The notes beneath the pieces are model-generated. The model saw nothing but the letters and a program-made list of their open reading frames with translations. It was not told where the DNA came from and ran no database searches. DNA of 64,000 bases, taken from positions 8,437 through 72,436 of the forward strand of contig CADBGE010000001.1 in the NCBI GenBank assembly GCA_902794075.1. Reading direction: 5' to 3'. Made by a program: the position numbers and the translations under genes. Numbering within the stretch: position 1 is the first letter of the stretch; each line of letters begins with the position of its first letter. This document shows, in pieces, positions 1-10,657 of the stretch. This DNA is from an uncultured Erysipelotrichaceae bacterium. GTDB taxonomy: Bacteria > Bacillota_I > Bacilli_A > RF39 > UBA660.

Positions 1-1602
1 AATAAGAACAGAGTAAATAAAATATCGTTAGGTACAACAAATGAATATATATCATGTGCCGTTGGTACAAATTATGCGTATATATATGCTGATGAATCTT
101 CAGAGAAACTAAATGAAGATTATATTGGCTGCGCTTATTTTAAAGTAAATGAAACTTCATATAATTTTTATCGTAACTATTCTTATACTTACACTGAGAG
201 TGTTAATGGAAATATATTACTTAATGTAAATCCAATATTGTTTGCATATGATTTTGTTAATAAAACAAACGATAATAATGAGTTTAAGTTTAATCATGTG
301 AATATTTCTCACAATTCAGGAACTGGAACAGTTAATACATTTTCAGATATAACATATAATATAGAAAAAGAAAATATTACTTCAAATAATTATTATAATG
401 AATATAAAATATCTACTGCAGACATTAAAAATTTACTTAGTGGAGAAACGTATGGGGATTTTACTACATATATAAATTATTCATATATAAAATCAGAAGC
501 ATCAAGAACCGGCGTTGTTCATATTGATGGTAAACAAAGATTATTTAACAATGAATGTAATGATATTCATGTTTGGAGTTTAAAGCAGAAAGATAACGAT
601 AGTATTAGTTATCTTGATATTGAAGAAAATGAAGAAATGGACATATTGGCGTATGTGTCTTACGGTAAAATTTTTAATAATTTACCGTTTAATAGTTATG
701 TTTCATTTGATATAAATGGACGTTCAAATAATCTTAATTTGGCACAATTACCATATAACATTGAAAATGATATAAATGATGACACATATATTAGAATAAA
801 AAATGTTGATTCTAATTTTTTAATTAATAATTGTTATTATAACAATTTAACAACTACTTCATTTGATGAGATCTATAATAAACCATCTTTAAGAAATAAT
901 GAAAGCAAAATTATTAGTTATGCATATATAAAGGGTAGAAATAAAGATGCTGTTTTATATAGTAATATTAATAATTATAATGAAGTAAAATTTGAAAAGG
1001 AAATTTATAATTTGCCTATAGCAATATTGGGTGATAAATTATATTTTAACAGATTTAGTAATATATCTGATAGTTCCAATACAGATGGTGGAGTCACATT
1101 AAATGGTTTTATAATTTTTTATTCTGGTGGCATCTTAAAAAAGAATGAAAACAATATATATGAGCTTAGTTATAATGAAATTCCAAAATTAGAGATTACT
1201 GTATCTTGCGTTGCAGAAAATGAGAACATCGTGAGTCAAAATATTTCAATTACTAAAAATGATCCTACTAATACATATATACATATAAATTATACAACAC
1301 CAGATAGGGAAGTAACTGATGATAGATCATATATACAGGTTACATCAGATTTTATTGACAAATCCTTTAATGTTGCATATATATATTCAAAATGGCAAAA
1401 TGTGTCAGGTAATAAGAAAATCAGATTAAACATGAATGGACACGCTAAAGGAGATTGGCATACTTCTGTTCCAGCAAAGTCAAATGATACAATTGTATTA
1501 AAAAATATTAATACACCGGTTTCAACGGGTACGCCATGGGATTCTGATGCAGTAGGTAAATTATATATTGATGCAAAAATAGAATATGAATATAATAACT
1601 AA
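1..1602 (+). CDS. Asn/Tyr/Ile-rich virion structural protein candidate, 5'-truncated by window edge
   Basis: Frame 1 is open from nt 1 with no stop and runs into track ORF 238..1602, whose listed start is only a TTG. Its stop lies 2 nt before the next gene, at the head of a co-directional structural-looking block. No catalytic motif recognised. Confidence 0.45.
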   Translation, partial: NKNRVNKISLGTTNEYISCAVGTNYAYIYADESSEKLNEDYIGCAYFKVNETSYNFYRNYSYTYTESVNGNILLNVNPILFAYDFVNKTNDNNEFKFNHVNISHNSGTGTVNTFSDITYNIEKENITSNNYYNEYKISTADIKNLLSGETYGDFTTYINYSYIKSEASRTGVVHIDGKQRLFNNECNDIHVWSLKQKDNDSISYLDIEENEEMDILAYVSYGKIFNNLPFNSYVSFDINGRSNNLNLAQLPYNIENDINDDTYIRIKNVDSNFLINNCYYNNLTTTSFDEIYNKPSLRNNESKIISYAYIKGRNKDAVLYSNINNYNEVKFEKEIYNLPIAILGDKLYFNRFSNISDSSNTDGGVTLNGFIIFYSGGILKKNENNIYELSYNEIPKLEITVSCVAENENIVSQNISITKNDPTNTYIHINYTTPDREVTDDRSYIQVTSDFIDKSFNVAYIYSKWQNVSGNKKIRLNMNGHAKGDWHTSVPAKSNDTIVLKNINTPVSTGTPWDSDAVGKLYIDAKIEYEYNN

Positions 1603-1604
1603 AT

Positions 1605-2075
1605 ATGCCAGGATTAGATTATAAAATATTAAGTAAGAAGCCAATTGTAACAAGAAATGGAGTTAAGTTTCAAGATCTTGCAGTACAGACTATAGATCCA
1701 AATGTTGAAATATCTGGATCATTTCTTGTTGTGAATAAATACTATGTGGCGCGTCCAGATCTTATTTCGCTTGCGGTATATGGTGATGACAAATATGCTG
1801 ATATATTATGTAAAATTAATGGCATATCTAATCCATTTGAACTTAATGAAAACGATGTCATAATATTACCACATGTTGAAACACTTATGGATATAACAAA
1901 TGTTGAACCAATTGAATCAATATTTGTTGATGGAAATAAAGATCCAGATCTTGTGACAAACTTTATGGACACTGATTTACAAAAAGATGTAAATTCATCA
2001 CGTTCACCAAATGAACAAACAAAAGGTATGAGTAATATTGTAGTTGATGATGAAAATGGAATAATATTATATTAA
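1605..2075 (+). CDS. LysM-like domain tail/baseplate protein (T4 gp53 / P2 gpX-like role)
   Basis: YYVARPDLISLAVYGDDKYADILCKINGISNPFELNENDVIILP fits the LysM pattern seen in myovirus baseplate proteins. Tightly packed after the upstream ORF. Confidence 0.45.
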   Translation: MPGLDYKILSKKPIVTRNGVKFQDLAVQTIDPNVEISGSFLVVNKYYVARPDLISLAVYGDDKYADILCKINGISNPFELNENDVIILPHVETLMDITNVEPIESIFVDGNKDPDLVTNFMDTDLQKDVNSSRSPNEQTKGMSNIVVDDENGIILY

Positions 2076-2104
2076 AACAATTTTAAGATTATGTAAGATT
2101 ATAT

Positions 2105-3886
2105 ATGGCTGATACTAATGAAAATAATGAACAATTGATATATGAGTCTTCTGCTGGAGATTATGATGCATATACTCAAGAATCTTTAGATAATTATGAT
2201 GATCTTGAGAACAATGATTCATCAATGATAGGTTATTTTGTAAAAAATGGTCATATAACTGAAGCATTTCCAGAATCAGAATTGAGAGCAAATAATTTAA
2301 TGCCTCCAATAAACCCATTAGATCCTCATGTGTATCATGATCCACCGTATGCTCAGCCATTTGTTGTTAAATTAAAAAACACAACATCAGTTGCTGAAGG
2401 AACTCTTAATATGTCCTCAGACACAGATAACGTACGAATTGACGCCATTTCTATACCTGTAGTTAGACTTAACACAATGGTATTAGAATGGGAAAATATA
2501 GATGCTCTTACTATAACATATACAAAATTCTTACCAGAATTAACGCTTATTGCAAAAGATCCAGCAGGCAAATTTGGATTATCCGTTCGTCCTGGTTTAA
2601 ATAACATTATACAAGTAATCATAATGCCTGCTATTGATGGTAAGTATAAGAAAATTTCATTACCATTTTATATAACTGATGTTGATGTTGACATATATGG
2701 AGAAAAAACAACATACACTGGAATATTAAAACATATGCCACTTATTCAGCAACTTTTAAATTCTGAATCTATAAATTATAAGGCATGTTCTGGTGGAGTT
2801 GACCCAAATGATAAATGCATTGATTTAAATACTGAAAAACCAAACATGTGGCAGTTATTTCATGAAATTGCTGAAAGAGCAAAACTTGGATTTGCTGCAA
2901 TGCCAGGACTTAAAGATTATAATGATCATGCCGTACGTAACATATGTTCACAAAACTATAAAGAATTTCTTGAATACAATCTTAGCATAGGCGGCCTTGA
3001 TGAAAAAATGATTTATGATGGATGGGTTGATATGTATGGATATCTTGTTCTTGTTGATGTCTATAAAGCATTGCATGATGACATTCATCCAAATAATTTA
3101 GCTCTTCATGCTGAAACAGGTTTGCATACACATAATAGTAGATATCCTGATGAAAAGTTTAGTGCAGCCAGAAGATTGCTTACAAATTCAAATATGACTA
3201 AAGCTAAGTCAAATCTTGAAATAGAAGAGTTCTATAATACGTCTAATATTGGAGAAATACAACAGCATGGTACTCTTAACACTATATACTATTTTTGTCC
3301 ATTTGGCAATCACGGAATGAATAATATATTACCTGAACAAGTTAGAATACAAGAAGATAGCACGGATGGTAAATATGTAGAAGATTATGAGGTTCAAAAA
3401 TATTGTGGTTGGTCATTTGTTGGATGCGAAGATTTTAATATATCACGACAAATGGAAATACGAGATGCATATTTAACAAAGTTAAGAAACTCCAGCAGTA
3501 AATTAACGATTAGACTTGCAAATCCTAATTATGCATTACAAAGAGGAACGTTAGTAACAATAGTCAGAATGCGGTATGATTATGAATATAAAATGAGAAT
3601 GCTTAATAGTGAAAGTAACTTATATCCAAATCCACAAGTAAAAGGATTTACACCAGACAAATCAGGTGGTGAAGTCAATGGAATTAGTAATAATGACATT
3701 TTGTATAATGACGGTATAGGTGTCATATGCGCAGAGGATTCAGGAATATATTATATAGATGGCATGAGATTTGATTATATAAATGGAAATGAAAAAATAC
3801 AACAATATCTATATCTTATCAAGAGAGATCCATTGACATCATTAAGTAACTTATCAACATTTGATAGAGCAAAGGCTCCTGATTAA
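2105..3886 (+). CDS. large virion structural protein candidate (baseplate module?)
   Basis: 593-aa uninterrupted ORF, co-directional with neighbours and followed by a hairpin terminator. No motif recognised. Confidence 0.3.
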   Translation: MADTNENNEQLIYESSAGDYDAYTQESLDNYDDLENNDSSMIGYFVKNGHITEAFPESELRANNLMPPINPLDPHVYHDPPYAQPFVVKLKNTTSVAEGTLNMSSDTDNVRIDAISIPVVRLNTMVLEWENIDALTITYTKFLPELTLIAKDPAGKFGLSVRPGLNNIIQVIIMPAIDGKYKKISLPFYITDVDVDIYGEKTTYTGILKHMPLIQQLLNSESINYKACSGGVDPNDKCIDLNTEKPNMWQLFHEIAERAKLGFAAMPGLKDYNDHAVRNICSQNYKEFLEYNLSIGGLDEKMIYDGWVDMYGYLVLVDVYKALHDDIHPNNLALHAETGLHTHNSRYPDEKFSAARRLLTNSNMTKAKSNLEIEEFYNTSNIGEIQQHGTLNTIYYFCPFGNHGMNNILPEQVRIQEDSTDGKYVEDYEVQKYCGWSFVGCEDFNISRQMEIRDAYLTKLRNSSSKLTIRLANPNYALQRGTLVTIVRMRYDYEYKMRMLNSESNLYPNPQVKGFTPDKSGGEVNGISNNDILYNDGIGVICAEDSGIYYIDGMRFDYINGNEKIQQYLYLIKRDPLTSLSNLSTFDRAKAPD

Positions 3887-3917
3887 ATTTTCATATAACA
3901 TATGTTAACATATAAAA

Positions 3918-3956
3918 GACTGATAATTCTTAAATGTGTTGTCAGTCATTTTTTTG
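3918..3956 (+). terminator. rho-independent terminator candidate
   Basis: gactgataat (3918..3927) pairs with gttgtcagtc (3938..3947): 10 bp including 2 G-T wobbles, 10-nt loop, then a T-run (attttttt). Confidence 0.5.
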
Positions 3957-4020
3957 ATGCATAAATTCATTCTTTGAATTTTAGTTCACAAAAATATTTT
4001 TAATTATAAATGAAATTTTA

Positions 4021-4028
4021 TATAAATC
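4021..4028 (+). promoter_or_regulatory. T4-late-promoter-like box TATAAATC
   Basis: One mismatch to the T4 late consensus TATAAATA, ending 3 nt before the ATG at 4032. Confidence 0.25.
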
Positions 4029-4031
4029 ATA

Positions 4032-4616
4032 ATGAATATTTCATCAGTAAATACATTCAATAAGCCAACAGCATTGCATGGCCCACGAAAATATAGTGAG
4101 CTTGCGAATAATGTTCCGAATAAAATTCATGACGAATTATATAATGCTGCTATTGAAAAACTTATTGCCGATCTTAATAATTATAAGGATGTTGTGGATG
4201 CTGTCAACACTAAAAATGAAAATTGGGAAGATATAATCATATCAATAAATGAAATACCATATACTGAATATTGGAGAGCAAGTGATGTTATGATAACATT
4301 TAAATATTATATTGATGTAGATGGTGAGAAATTGCCACGATTAAGAAGATTTAGATTTGATTTATCACCATATTGGGGAAACTGTTATACTAAAGAAAAT
4401 CACAGTGTTTCCAATGTAAAATTTGATAAAAACATACCTAATGATACTGAAATAGTAAAATATGATTATATAAGAGGTAAGGCAATAGTTAGAAGTAAAT
4501 TGGAAGATATTGAATATGATGTAGACTTTGATGAAATAAACAATTCGGATAATGAATCGGATGATGTAAAGCTTCCTTATGATACTTTCACAAGACTTGT
4601 TAATATAAATCTATGA
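4032..4616 (+). CDS. hypothetical protein (structural block)
   Basis: 194-aa ORF in a co-directional block; stop 11 nt before the next start. Confidence 0.3.
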   Translation: MNISSVNTFNKPTALHGPRKYSELANNVPNKIHDELYNAAIEKLIADLNNYKDVVDAVNTKNENWEDIIISINEIPYTEYWRASDVMITFKYYIDVDGEKLPRLRRFRFDLSPYWGNCYTKENHSVSNVKFDKNIPNDTEIVKYDYIRGKAIVRSKLEDIEYDVDFDEINNSDNESDDVKLPYDTFTRLVNINL

Positions 4617-4627
4617 TTATTTAAAGA

Positions 4628-6967
4628 ATGAATTTTAATGATATTTTAAGAAATCTACGAGGTGGAATTGAAACTCAAGGAGAACGTGCAATGGGTTCTA
4701 TAACTGAGGGGTGGGATGCCTTTACGAATCTGAATTCATTGTCACTACCTAATGTAGATGTAAAAAATTTGTTCGGTAGTATATCACAGATGACTTCATC
4801 ATTTAGTGATGCAGGTTCTGGAGATACAACACAGACTAATGTTTTGTCAGGATTAGATGATATATGGTTAAAAAATAATACTGGGTTAAATATACAAAAT
4901 TTAAATAAAACATTAAATCATAAAAAATATAGTGATGATCCTTTAAGAAGAAGCGTTAATGCTGAACCTTCTTTCTCTACTTCTAAAATAGAGCCCCATA
5001 CAATGACAACACCAGGCGGAACAAAAATTACATCACAAGGGGCGGATGCTGTAACTATTAAGCCAAATGATACATCTCCAGATATAAAAGAATTTGTAAC
5101 TAATTTTCAAGGATTAGATAGTAAATCACATGATGAATATTATGGGGGTGTTGTTGATACTTCTGATGCTGACCGTTTGAATTTTCAGACTCCTGACTGG
5201 AGTTATGCAGACTTCATCAATGAACGTGCAATATTTCAGAAATCACTTCAAAATCCTGTAGGTGAACAAGGATGGTTCTATTTTAAGATATTCTTTAACT
5301 TTGATACTCAATACGGATTATTTGGTGGTCTTCTGAATGATCCTGACCCAATGATGGCAACTAACTCTGCATATAAATATTTAAGAGCATGTGAATCACT
5401 CGGACAATATTATAAGACAAATGATAGACAGGTCGCATTGATGAAGTTTGCAAAGATACTTTCATACATAAGTACATATGCACCATGGTTCTTTAAAGGA
5501 ATAAAAAATTTAAATCAAGCAAATGTTCCAGTAATAAATGATTTTACTAAAGAAAGAAGTATTGAAATTGAATGTTCAACTGATGCCATTGACATGAGAT
5601 TAAACACATTATTAGATCTTTATAAATTTGCTTGTTATGATGAAATAGACCAAAAGGAAATAGTACCAGATAACTTAAGAAAGTTTGATATGACTGTAAT
5701 GGTCTTTCAATCACCTATAAAATATTTTCATACTTCATTTAGGACTTCATCAGGAACAAAATACGATTATAAAAGTACAGCATTAAAACATGGAAGTGGT
5801 TTTTCAGATGTCATGTCATTTAAGATGTTTACATTTATAAATTGTGAAATAGATCTTGAGTCCTTAGGTAATATGATTCCTGGTTCTATGAACAATGAAA
5901 AGCCGTTTACAATGGGTTCAGGTTCTATAAAAATTTTATATGATCGTGTATATTCTCATACAATGAATGAATTTATGCACATAATGTTCGGTAATGATGG
6001 ATTATATTATGATGGTTCAGCATCAACGGAAAAAATGCAAGGCATAAATGAATCAATGTATAAAATGCAGACTGCTCATCAGAACGCTCGTGTAAGAGAC
6101 ATTAAACATGCATATGATGACAATTATGATCCTAATCGTAAAAACAATATGATGTATAAGAATATTGTGGATGCTTCTGAAGCATTGTGCAATAATAATT
6201 TGAGAGCATTAGGATTTAATTCACTTGGAAACTTTGCCGGAGAAAATAAAGATTTGCAATTTGATAGAACACTTAACAGTGTCAGTAGAAGTGAATACTA
6301 TGATCTAAAATTAAAAATGCTAAAAAACGATCCAAGAATATTACAGGAAGCATTATCTGGAATAAATTCTGGAGCAAACAGCATGATTACTGAACTTATT
6401 GAATCATATAATAAAATGAAAGGTAGTATAAATACTACTTGGACTGCTAGTAGAAAAATTCTTGTTACTGATAAAAATGGTAGATTGACAAATGATGATC
6501 AAGAATATAATCCTTCAGGAATTTTTGGAACATATAATAGAAACATGTACTGGAGAAATAAAATAAATGCCATGAAAGACGGTATAGTTGCTCCAGAATC
6601 ATTAATAACTAGATATGAGGGTCAGCAATATGATTATTTGAATTTTACTCATAATGGATATTCCGACAACACAATAAATACTACAGCAAAAGGTAAAATT
6701 AAGTATGATATGCCAGGCACTGATTATTGGCTAAGAAAAATAAAAGCACTAAATGACGGCGTGGTTAGTCCTGAAACATTGGAGCAAAGATATTCAGGAC
6801 AAGAATATGATACTTTAAATTATACCAAAAATTATACAGACAATGGACAATCTAGTACTCAATTAACAACAGATGAAAATGGTCATCCAACAGATAGTAC
6901 AGGAACAAATTATTGGATGGAAAAAATACGTGAACTTAAAGAAGGAACAATAAAATCTAATAATTAA
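4628..6967 (+). CDS. large virion structural protein candidate with three C-terminal ~60-aa repeats
   Basis: 779-aa ORF. The C-terminus repeats MYWRNKINAMKDGIVAPESLITRYEGQQYDYLNF / DYWLRKIKALNDGVVSPETLEQRYSGQEYDTLNY / NYWMEKIRELKEGTI. Confidence 0.35.
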   Translation: MNFNDILRNLRGGIETQGERAMGSITEGWDAFTNLNSLSLPNVDVKNLFGSISQMTSSFSDAGSGDTTQTNVLSGLDDIWLKNNTGLNIQNLNKTLNHKKYSDDPLRRSVNAEPSFSTSKIEPHTMTTPGGTKITSQGADAVTIKPNDTSPDIKEFVTNFQGLDSKSHDEYYGGVVDTSDADRLNFQTPDWSYADFINERAIFQKSLQNPVGEQGWFYFKIFFNFDTQYGLFGGLLNDPDPMMATNSAYKYLRACESLGQYYKTNDRQVALMKFAKILSYISTYAPWFFKGIKNLNQANVPVINDFTKERSIEIECSTDAIDMRLNTLLDLYKFACYDEIDQKEIVPDNLRKFDMTVMVFQSPIKYFHTSFRTSSGTKYDYKSTALKHGSGFSDVMSFKMFTFINCEIDLESLGNMIPGSMNNEKPFTMGSGSIKILYDRVYSHTMNEFMHIMFGNDGLYYDGSASTEKMQGINESMYKMQTAHQNARVRDIKHAYDDNYDPNRKNNMMYKNIVDASEALCNNNLRALGFNSLGNFAGENKDLQFDRTLNSVSRSEYYDLKLKMLKNDPRILQEALSGINSGANSMITELIESYNKMKGSINTTWTASRKILVTDKNGRLTNDDQEYNPSGIFGTYNRNMYWRNKINAMKDGIVAPESLITRYEGQQYDYLNFTHNGYSDNTINTTAKGKIKYDMPGTDYWLRKIKALNDGVVSPETLEQRYSGQEYDTLNYTKNYTDNGQSSTQLTTDENGHPTDSTGTNYWMEKIRELKEGTIKSNN

Positions 6968-7017
6968 TTTAATTTAAACATTTTTAAAAATGTTAAACAT
7001 GGATTATATTTTATATA

Positions 7018-7025
7018 TATAAATA
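7018..7025 (+). promoter_or_regulatory. T4-late-promoter-like box TATAAATA
   Basis: Exact TATAAATA ending 12 nt upstream of the ATG at 7038, in an otherwise ORF-free gap. Confidence 0.3.
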
Positions 7026-7037
7026 ATAGACACAGAA

Positions 7038-7634
7038 ATGAAAAATAATTTAAAGATAAACAAAGTATCATATTTATATAAAGACTGGCAAAACGTGTCC
7101 GATGAAAGTGTTATAACGAACATTTTACAAAAACCAATATATTCATATGTTGAATCATCATATAATTCATTACTTATGATGAATGTTCATAATGATAACA
7201 ATACATGTATTTATAATTATCTTGTGTTTATTGATGACAATGGTGTAGGTTATCCAATTAATTCTTTAGTTTCAAAGACAGAAAATTCATCAGATAGTGG
7301 ACCTATTCGTATTTTCCCAAAAATAGAAATAAGTGATCTACGAGATAAAGATCATTTAGTAACAACATCTGTTGCTGAAATTAGTTCTAATATAAATTCG
7401 TTAACTGATGCTGTTAATAATATTGTTAGCACTCTTACTAATACAGCTGTTTCAACAAGATTAGGATTAAACATTGAAAATAATCAAGTAGCTTATAATT
7501 ATATGACTAATGCCGCAAACGCAATTGAAAGTGTGCAGCAAAGACTTGAAAGAGAAAATGCTCAAGTTACAAATGTAACAAAAGATGAAGCTGAAGTACA
7601 AACTCATGATATTAATCCAAACATTGGATTATAA
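7038..7634 (+). CDS. hypothetical protein, helical C-terminal half
   Basis: 198-aa ORF in the structural block; preceded by TATAAATA. Confidence 0.3.
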   Translation: MKNNLKINKVSYLYKDWQNVSDESVITNILQKPIYSYVESSYNSLLMMNVHNDNNTCIYNYLVFIDDNGVGYPINSLVSKTENSSDSGPIRIFPKIEISDLRDKDHLVTTSVAEISSNINSLTDAVNNIVSTLTNTAVSTRLGLNIENNQVAYNYMTNAANAIESVQQRLERENAQVTNVTKDEAEVQTHDINPNIGL

Positions 7635-7669
7635 AAGTTTCAGTAAATATATAATTTTATAATTAGTAT

Positions 7670-8410
7670 ATGTGGAAACATCCTTGGCAATTAGAAAAAT
7701 TCGATAATATATATAATAAAGATGAAAGATTTTTCTCAATACTCATTAAAGGACTTATAGCATGGTTCAATAAGAATGTAGTATTATATAATAAACCAAT
7801 AAAACATTTTATATTCTCAACGGGTTCATCTTATATGTTTGTTGAGACCAATGGTTATGAATTCACATTATCTGAAACAACGGGAGAAGATTGTGTATAT
7901 ATGGAAATGCCTAGATGCATTATTGAACTGTCTGACATTTCATTTAATACTGATGGACTTACAAACTGTTTTGCTAGAGGAGAATATGAAAGATATGATG
8001 ACGAAACAAAAACAATAAGTGGCTATAACGCAGAAATAATGAGAATTCCAATTGAAATGAATTTTCAATTTAAATATGTGTTGTCAAACTTTAATGAATC
8101 AATAGTGTTACTTCAAGAGATAATAGATAAGTTCATATATCAAAGGTTCTTTACTATTATATATCTTGGACAAAAAATAAGATGTGGTATTGAATTTCCA
8201 ACTTCAGAACATCCTGAATTAAATAAAATAGATTTTAGTTCAAATGAAACAAATCAAAAAGTACTTCAATTAGATATAAAGCTTACATCAAATTATCCTG
8301 CGATAAATGAACGTACAGAAATTCCTAATTCAAAAATAATAGATTCTTCTCAATATTCAATAAATTTGTCAGATGGTACACGAGATATTGATAAGAACAT
8401 TAATTCCTAA
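7670..8410 (+). CDS. hypothetical protein (structural block)
   Basis: 246-aa ORF, co-directional; no motif recognised. Confidence 0.3.
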   Translation: MWKHPWQLEKFDNIYNKDERFFSILIKGLIAWFNKNVVLYNKPIKHFIFSTGSSYMFVETNGYEFTLSETTGEDCVYMEMPRCIIELSDISFNTDGLTNCFARGEYERYDDETKTISGYNAEIMRIPIEMNFQFKYVLSNFNESIVLLQEIIDKFIYQRFFTIIYLGQKIRCGIEFPTSEHPELNKIDFSSNETNQKVLQLDIKLTSNYPAINERTEIPNSKIIDSSQYSINLSDGTRDIDKNINS

Positions 8411-8434
8411 AATAAACTTTTATAAAATAAGATT

Positions 8435-8803
8435 ATGATAGATCATGTTATATATATGGACAATATTGAGGACATTGTTCTAACGAAATATTTCATTGAA
8501 ACTAAGTTAACTGAAAAGAATGAATCCTTCGAAAAAATGTCATTAAATGATTTTATTGGAAAATTTATAGATATGACAAAAACTGTTGCAGCTTATAATA
8601 TAAATAGTGCAATTTCTGATGTTGTGCCATTCTTTATATATGTACTTGATAACGATAGATATATATTCTTTGTAGAAAAAAATGATAAGACAAATCTTAC
8701 ATTAAAGAAACTACAGTCAATAAATTATGATTTATCGAAACTTAACAAATATAGTGGCACTGATAATATGCTAAGAGTTGAAGGATATTCATATGATTTT
8801 TAA
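8435..8803 (+). CDS. hypothetical protein
   Basis: 122-aa ORF; its ATG is preceded by the recurrent TAAGATT context (8428..8437). Confidence 0.3.
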   Translation: MIDHVIYMDNIEDIVLTKYFIETKLTEKNESFEKMSLNDFIGKFIDMTKTVAAYNINSAISDVVPFFIYVLDNDRYIFFVEKNDKTNLTLKKLQSINYDLSKLNKYSGTDNMLRVEGYSYDF

Positions 8804-8845
8804 ATTTAACATTTTTATTTTTAATTATATAATTAATTAACTACG

Positions 8846-9229
8846 ATGAATAAATTAGGACCTATACAATTAGAACTTGTTAGCGATGATATAGCAAGTT
8901 TTTATAGATTTTTTTATCGTAAAAATTATAATAATAATGAAACATACACTATTCGTCTTGATAGTATCGAGATGAATTTGTTAAATCTTCATACTAAAAC
9001 ATTCTCAACCGTAAACGGATTAACAAATTATCTAAGTACAATAACAAACAACACAACAAATGTTTCACAATCAAACATAACATATGTTTGTAATGAAATA
9101 GATAAATTTAAAAATGATGATAATTTTTCATGTGTTGAAATAATATTGCCAATGAAAGATGGTAATGATTATACTCAAAATGACATTGATGAAATATATA
9201 ATGCTGCAGTAAAAACTCTTGGACTATGA
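8846..9229 (+). CDS. hypothetical protein
   Basis: 127-aa ORF; its stop overlaps the next start (ATGA). Confidence 0.3.
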   Translation: MNKLGPIQLELVSDDIASFYRFFYRKNYNNNETYTIRLDSIEMNLLNLHTKTFSTVNGLTNYLSTITNNTTNVSQSNITYVCNEIDKFKNDDNFSCVEIILPMKDGNDYTQNDIDEIYNAAVKTLGL

Positions 9230-10653
9230 ATAACTATAGACTACTTAACATAATTAATCCTCAATTCATATATAACATTGATTGCGGACAAGAAGAGAAC
9301 AACAATAAATATATGGTTGTCATACCTGCATTTATTGGATATGACAAAAATGTTGCTTGTTCATTATATCTTACTATTTCAGAAAAACTTCTTGATGCAT
9401 CAACAAATATGAAACTTGAGCAGATGATTAATGAAATGCAAGAAGACATTACAATATTGTTAAGAGGTTATGAAGATTTTGTTCCAGGTGTTGATTATTA
9501 TCTTTCTGAATCATTATATGATTATGTTCTTACATTCATTCCCGATGATCCTGATGAACCAATAATACCACCCAAACCTCCAACACCTGATGAACCGGAT
9601 GAACCTTATGAATTTGATTGGACAGGAATCATAATTCTTCACGGTAAAGACATTAATAGATTAATGAACATCAATAAATATAATATTAATCGTGTTAGTG
9701 AAATCATTGCTCTTGAGGAAGCAGAAAAGAAGAATCGTCGTAAAGTTTTAGTAATGACTCGTCCTGATATTTCGGCTTATTTAACAGATGAGGAAATTGA
9801 CGAAATTGATGAAGATCTTTCATCAAAAATAGTTATGAAGGATTATGTATTATATGATCATGATCTAAATTTTGGCCAGGACAAAGAATCATATAAATAT
9901 TTATATGACATAAATAATAAAGACATGCGTAATCTTGAATGGTTCTATAATATGAACAATTTAAATGATTATGTATTTAGCAGAGAAGAACTTTGTAACA
10001 TTCCTAAAACGTTCTTCTCAATCATCAATGATAATGCAATGGTTCAAAATCCTGAGACAATGAAAAATCAGATTTATGATAAGATTGTTAAATATTATGC
10101 AAATGGTGGCTGGGATGATGCTCTTGTGAATCTAAATCTTATACTTAATTCAACTATACCAACAACACTTCCTAGCTCAAAACTTAATTGTGGGTGTAAT
10201 GGTGGAAACGGAAATGGACTTGGCGATGGCACAGCAAATGGTCTAACTAGTTGTGCAGATATGTATAAAGATGCAATTAATGAATGGCTTAAGAAGATGC
10301 TTGCTGATGACGAATTCTATAAAGATTGGTTCTTCACAATCATTAGTGGAATGTGCCCAACACCTAATGTTGAAATGATAGATCCTTTAATTAATTTGTT
10401 GACAGAATATGTTGATTTAAATCTTGGAGGACCAAACAATAATGGAAGATTTAATCCAAACAAAAATTATGACATATTTAATCATATGAATTGTTGTAAT
10501 GACTGCAATGGCAATGATACATATAAGAATATAATATTGCATTATATTGAAGTTCTTAAGGCCGTTAAAAATAACGATATAGACGCAAACAAAAATATGA
10601 TAAAGATATATGGGGAAGAATTTGCAGGAATCTTACCATATTTGACTTGCTAA
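9226..10653 (+). CDS. hypothetical protein with Pro/Asp/Glu linker and Cys/Gly/Asn-rich C-terminal region
   Basis: 475-aa ORF with PPKPPTPDEPDEP linker, CGCNGGNGNGLGDG and MNCCNDCNGND clusters; translationally coupled to the upstream ORF. Confidence 0.3.
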   Translation: MNNYRLLNIINPQFIYNIDCGQEENNNKYMVVIPAFIGYDKNVACSLYLTISEKLLDASTNMKLEQMINEMQEDITILLRGYEDFVPGVDYYLSESLYDYVLTFIPDDPDEPIIPPKPPTPDEPDEPYEFDWTGIIILHGKDINRLMNINKYNINRVSEIIALEEAEKKNRRKVLVMTRPDISAYLTDEEIDEIDEDLSSKIVMKDYVLYDHDLNFGQDKESYKYLYDINNKDMRNLEWFYNMNNLNDYVFSREELCNIPKTFFSIINDNAMVQNPETMKNQIYDKIVKYYANGGWDDALVNLNLILNSTIPTTLPSSKLNCGCNGGNGNGLGDGTANGLTSCADMYKDAINEWLKKMLADDEFYKDWFFTIISGMCPTPNVEMIDPLINLLTEYVDLNLGGPNNNGRFNPNKNYDIFNHMNCCNDCNGNDTYKNIILHYIEVLKAVKNNDIDANKNMIKIYGEEFAGILPYLTC

Positions 10654-10657
10654 AATT

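Noticed and set aside
3895-3910. Identical 16-mer ATAACATATGTTAACA (containing the palindrome TAACATATGTTA) after two structural genes (3895..3910 and 22911..22926)
   Set aside because: By a rough estimate, a 16-nt identity is expected by chance several times in 64 kb of roughly 28 percent GC sequence. With only two copies it was not treated as a regulatory site.
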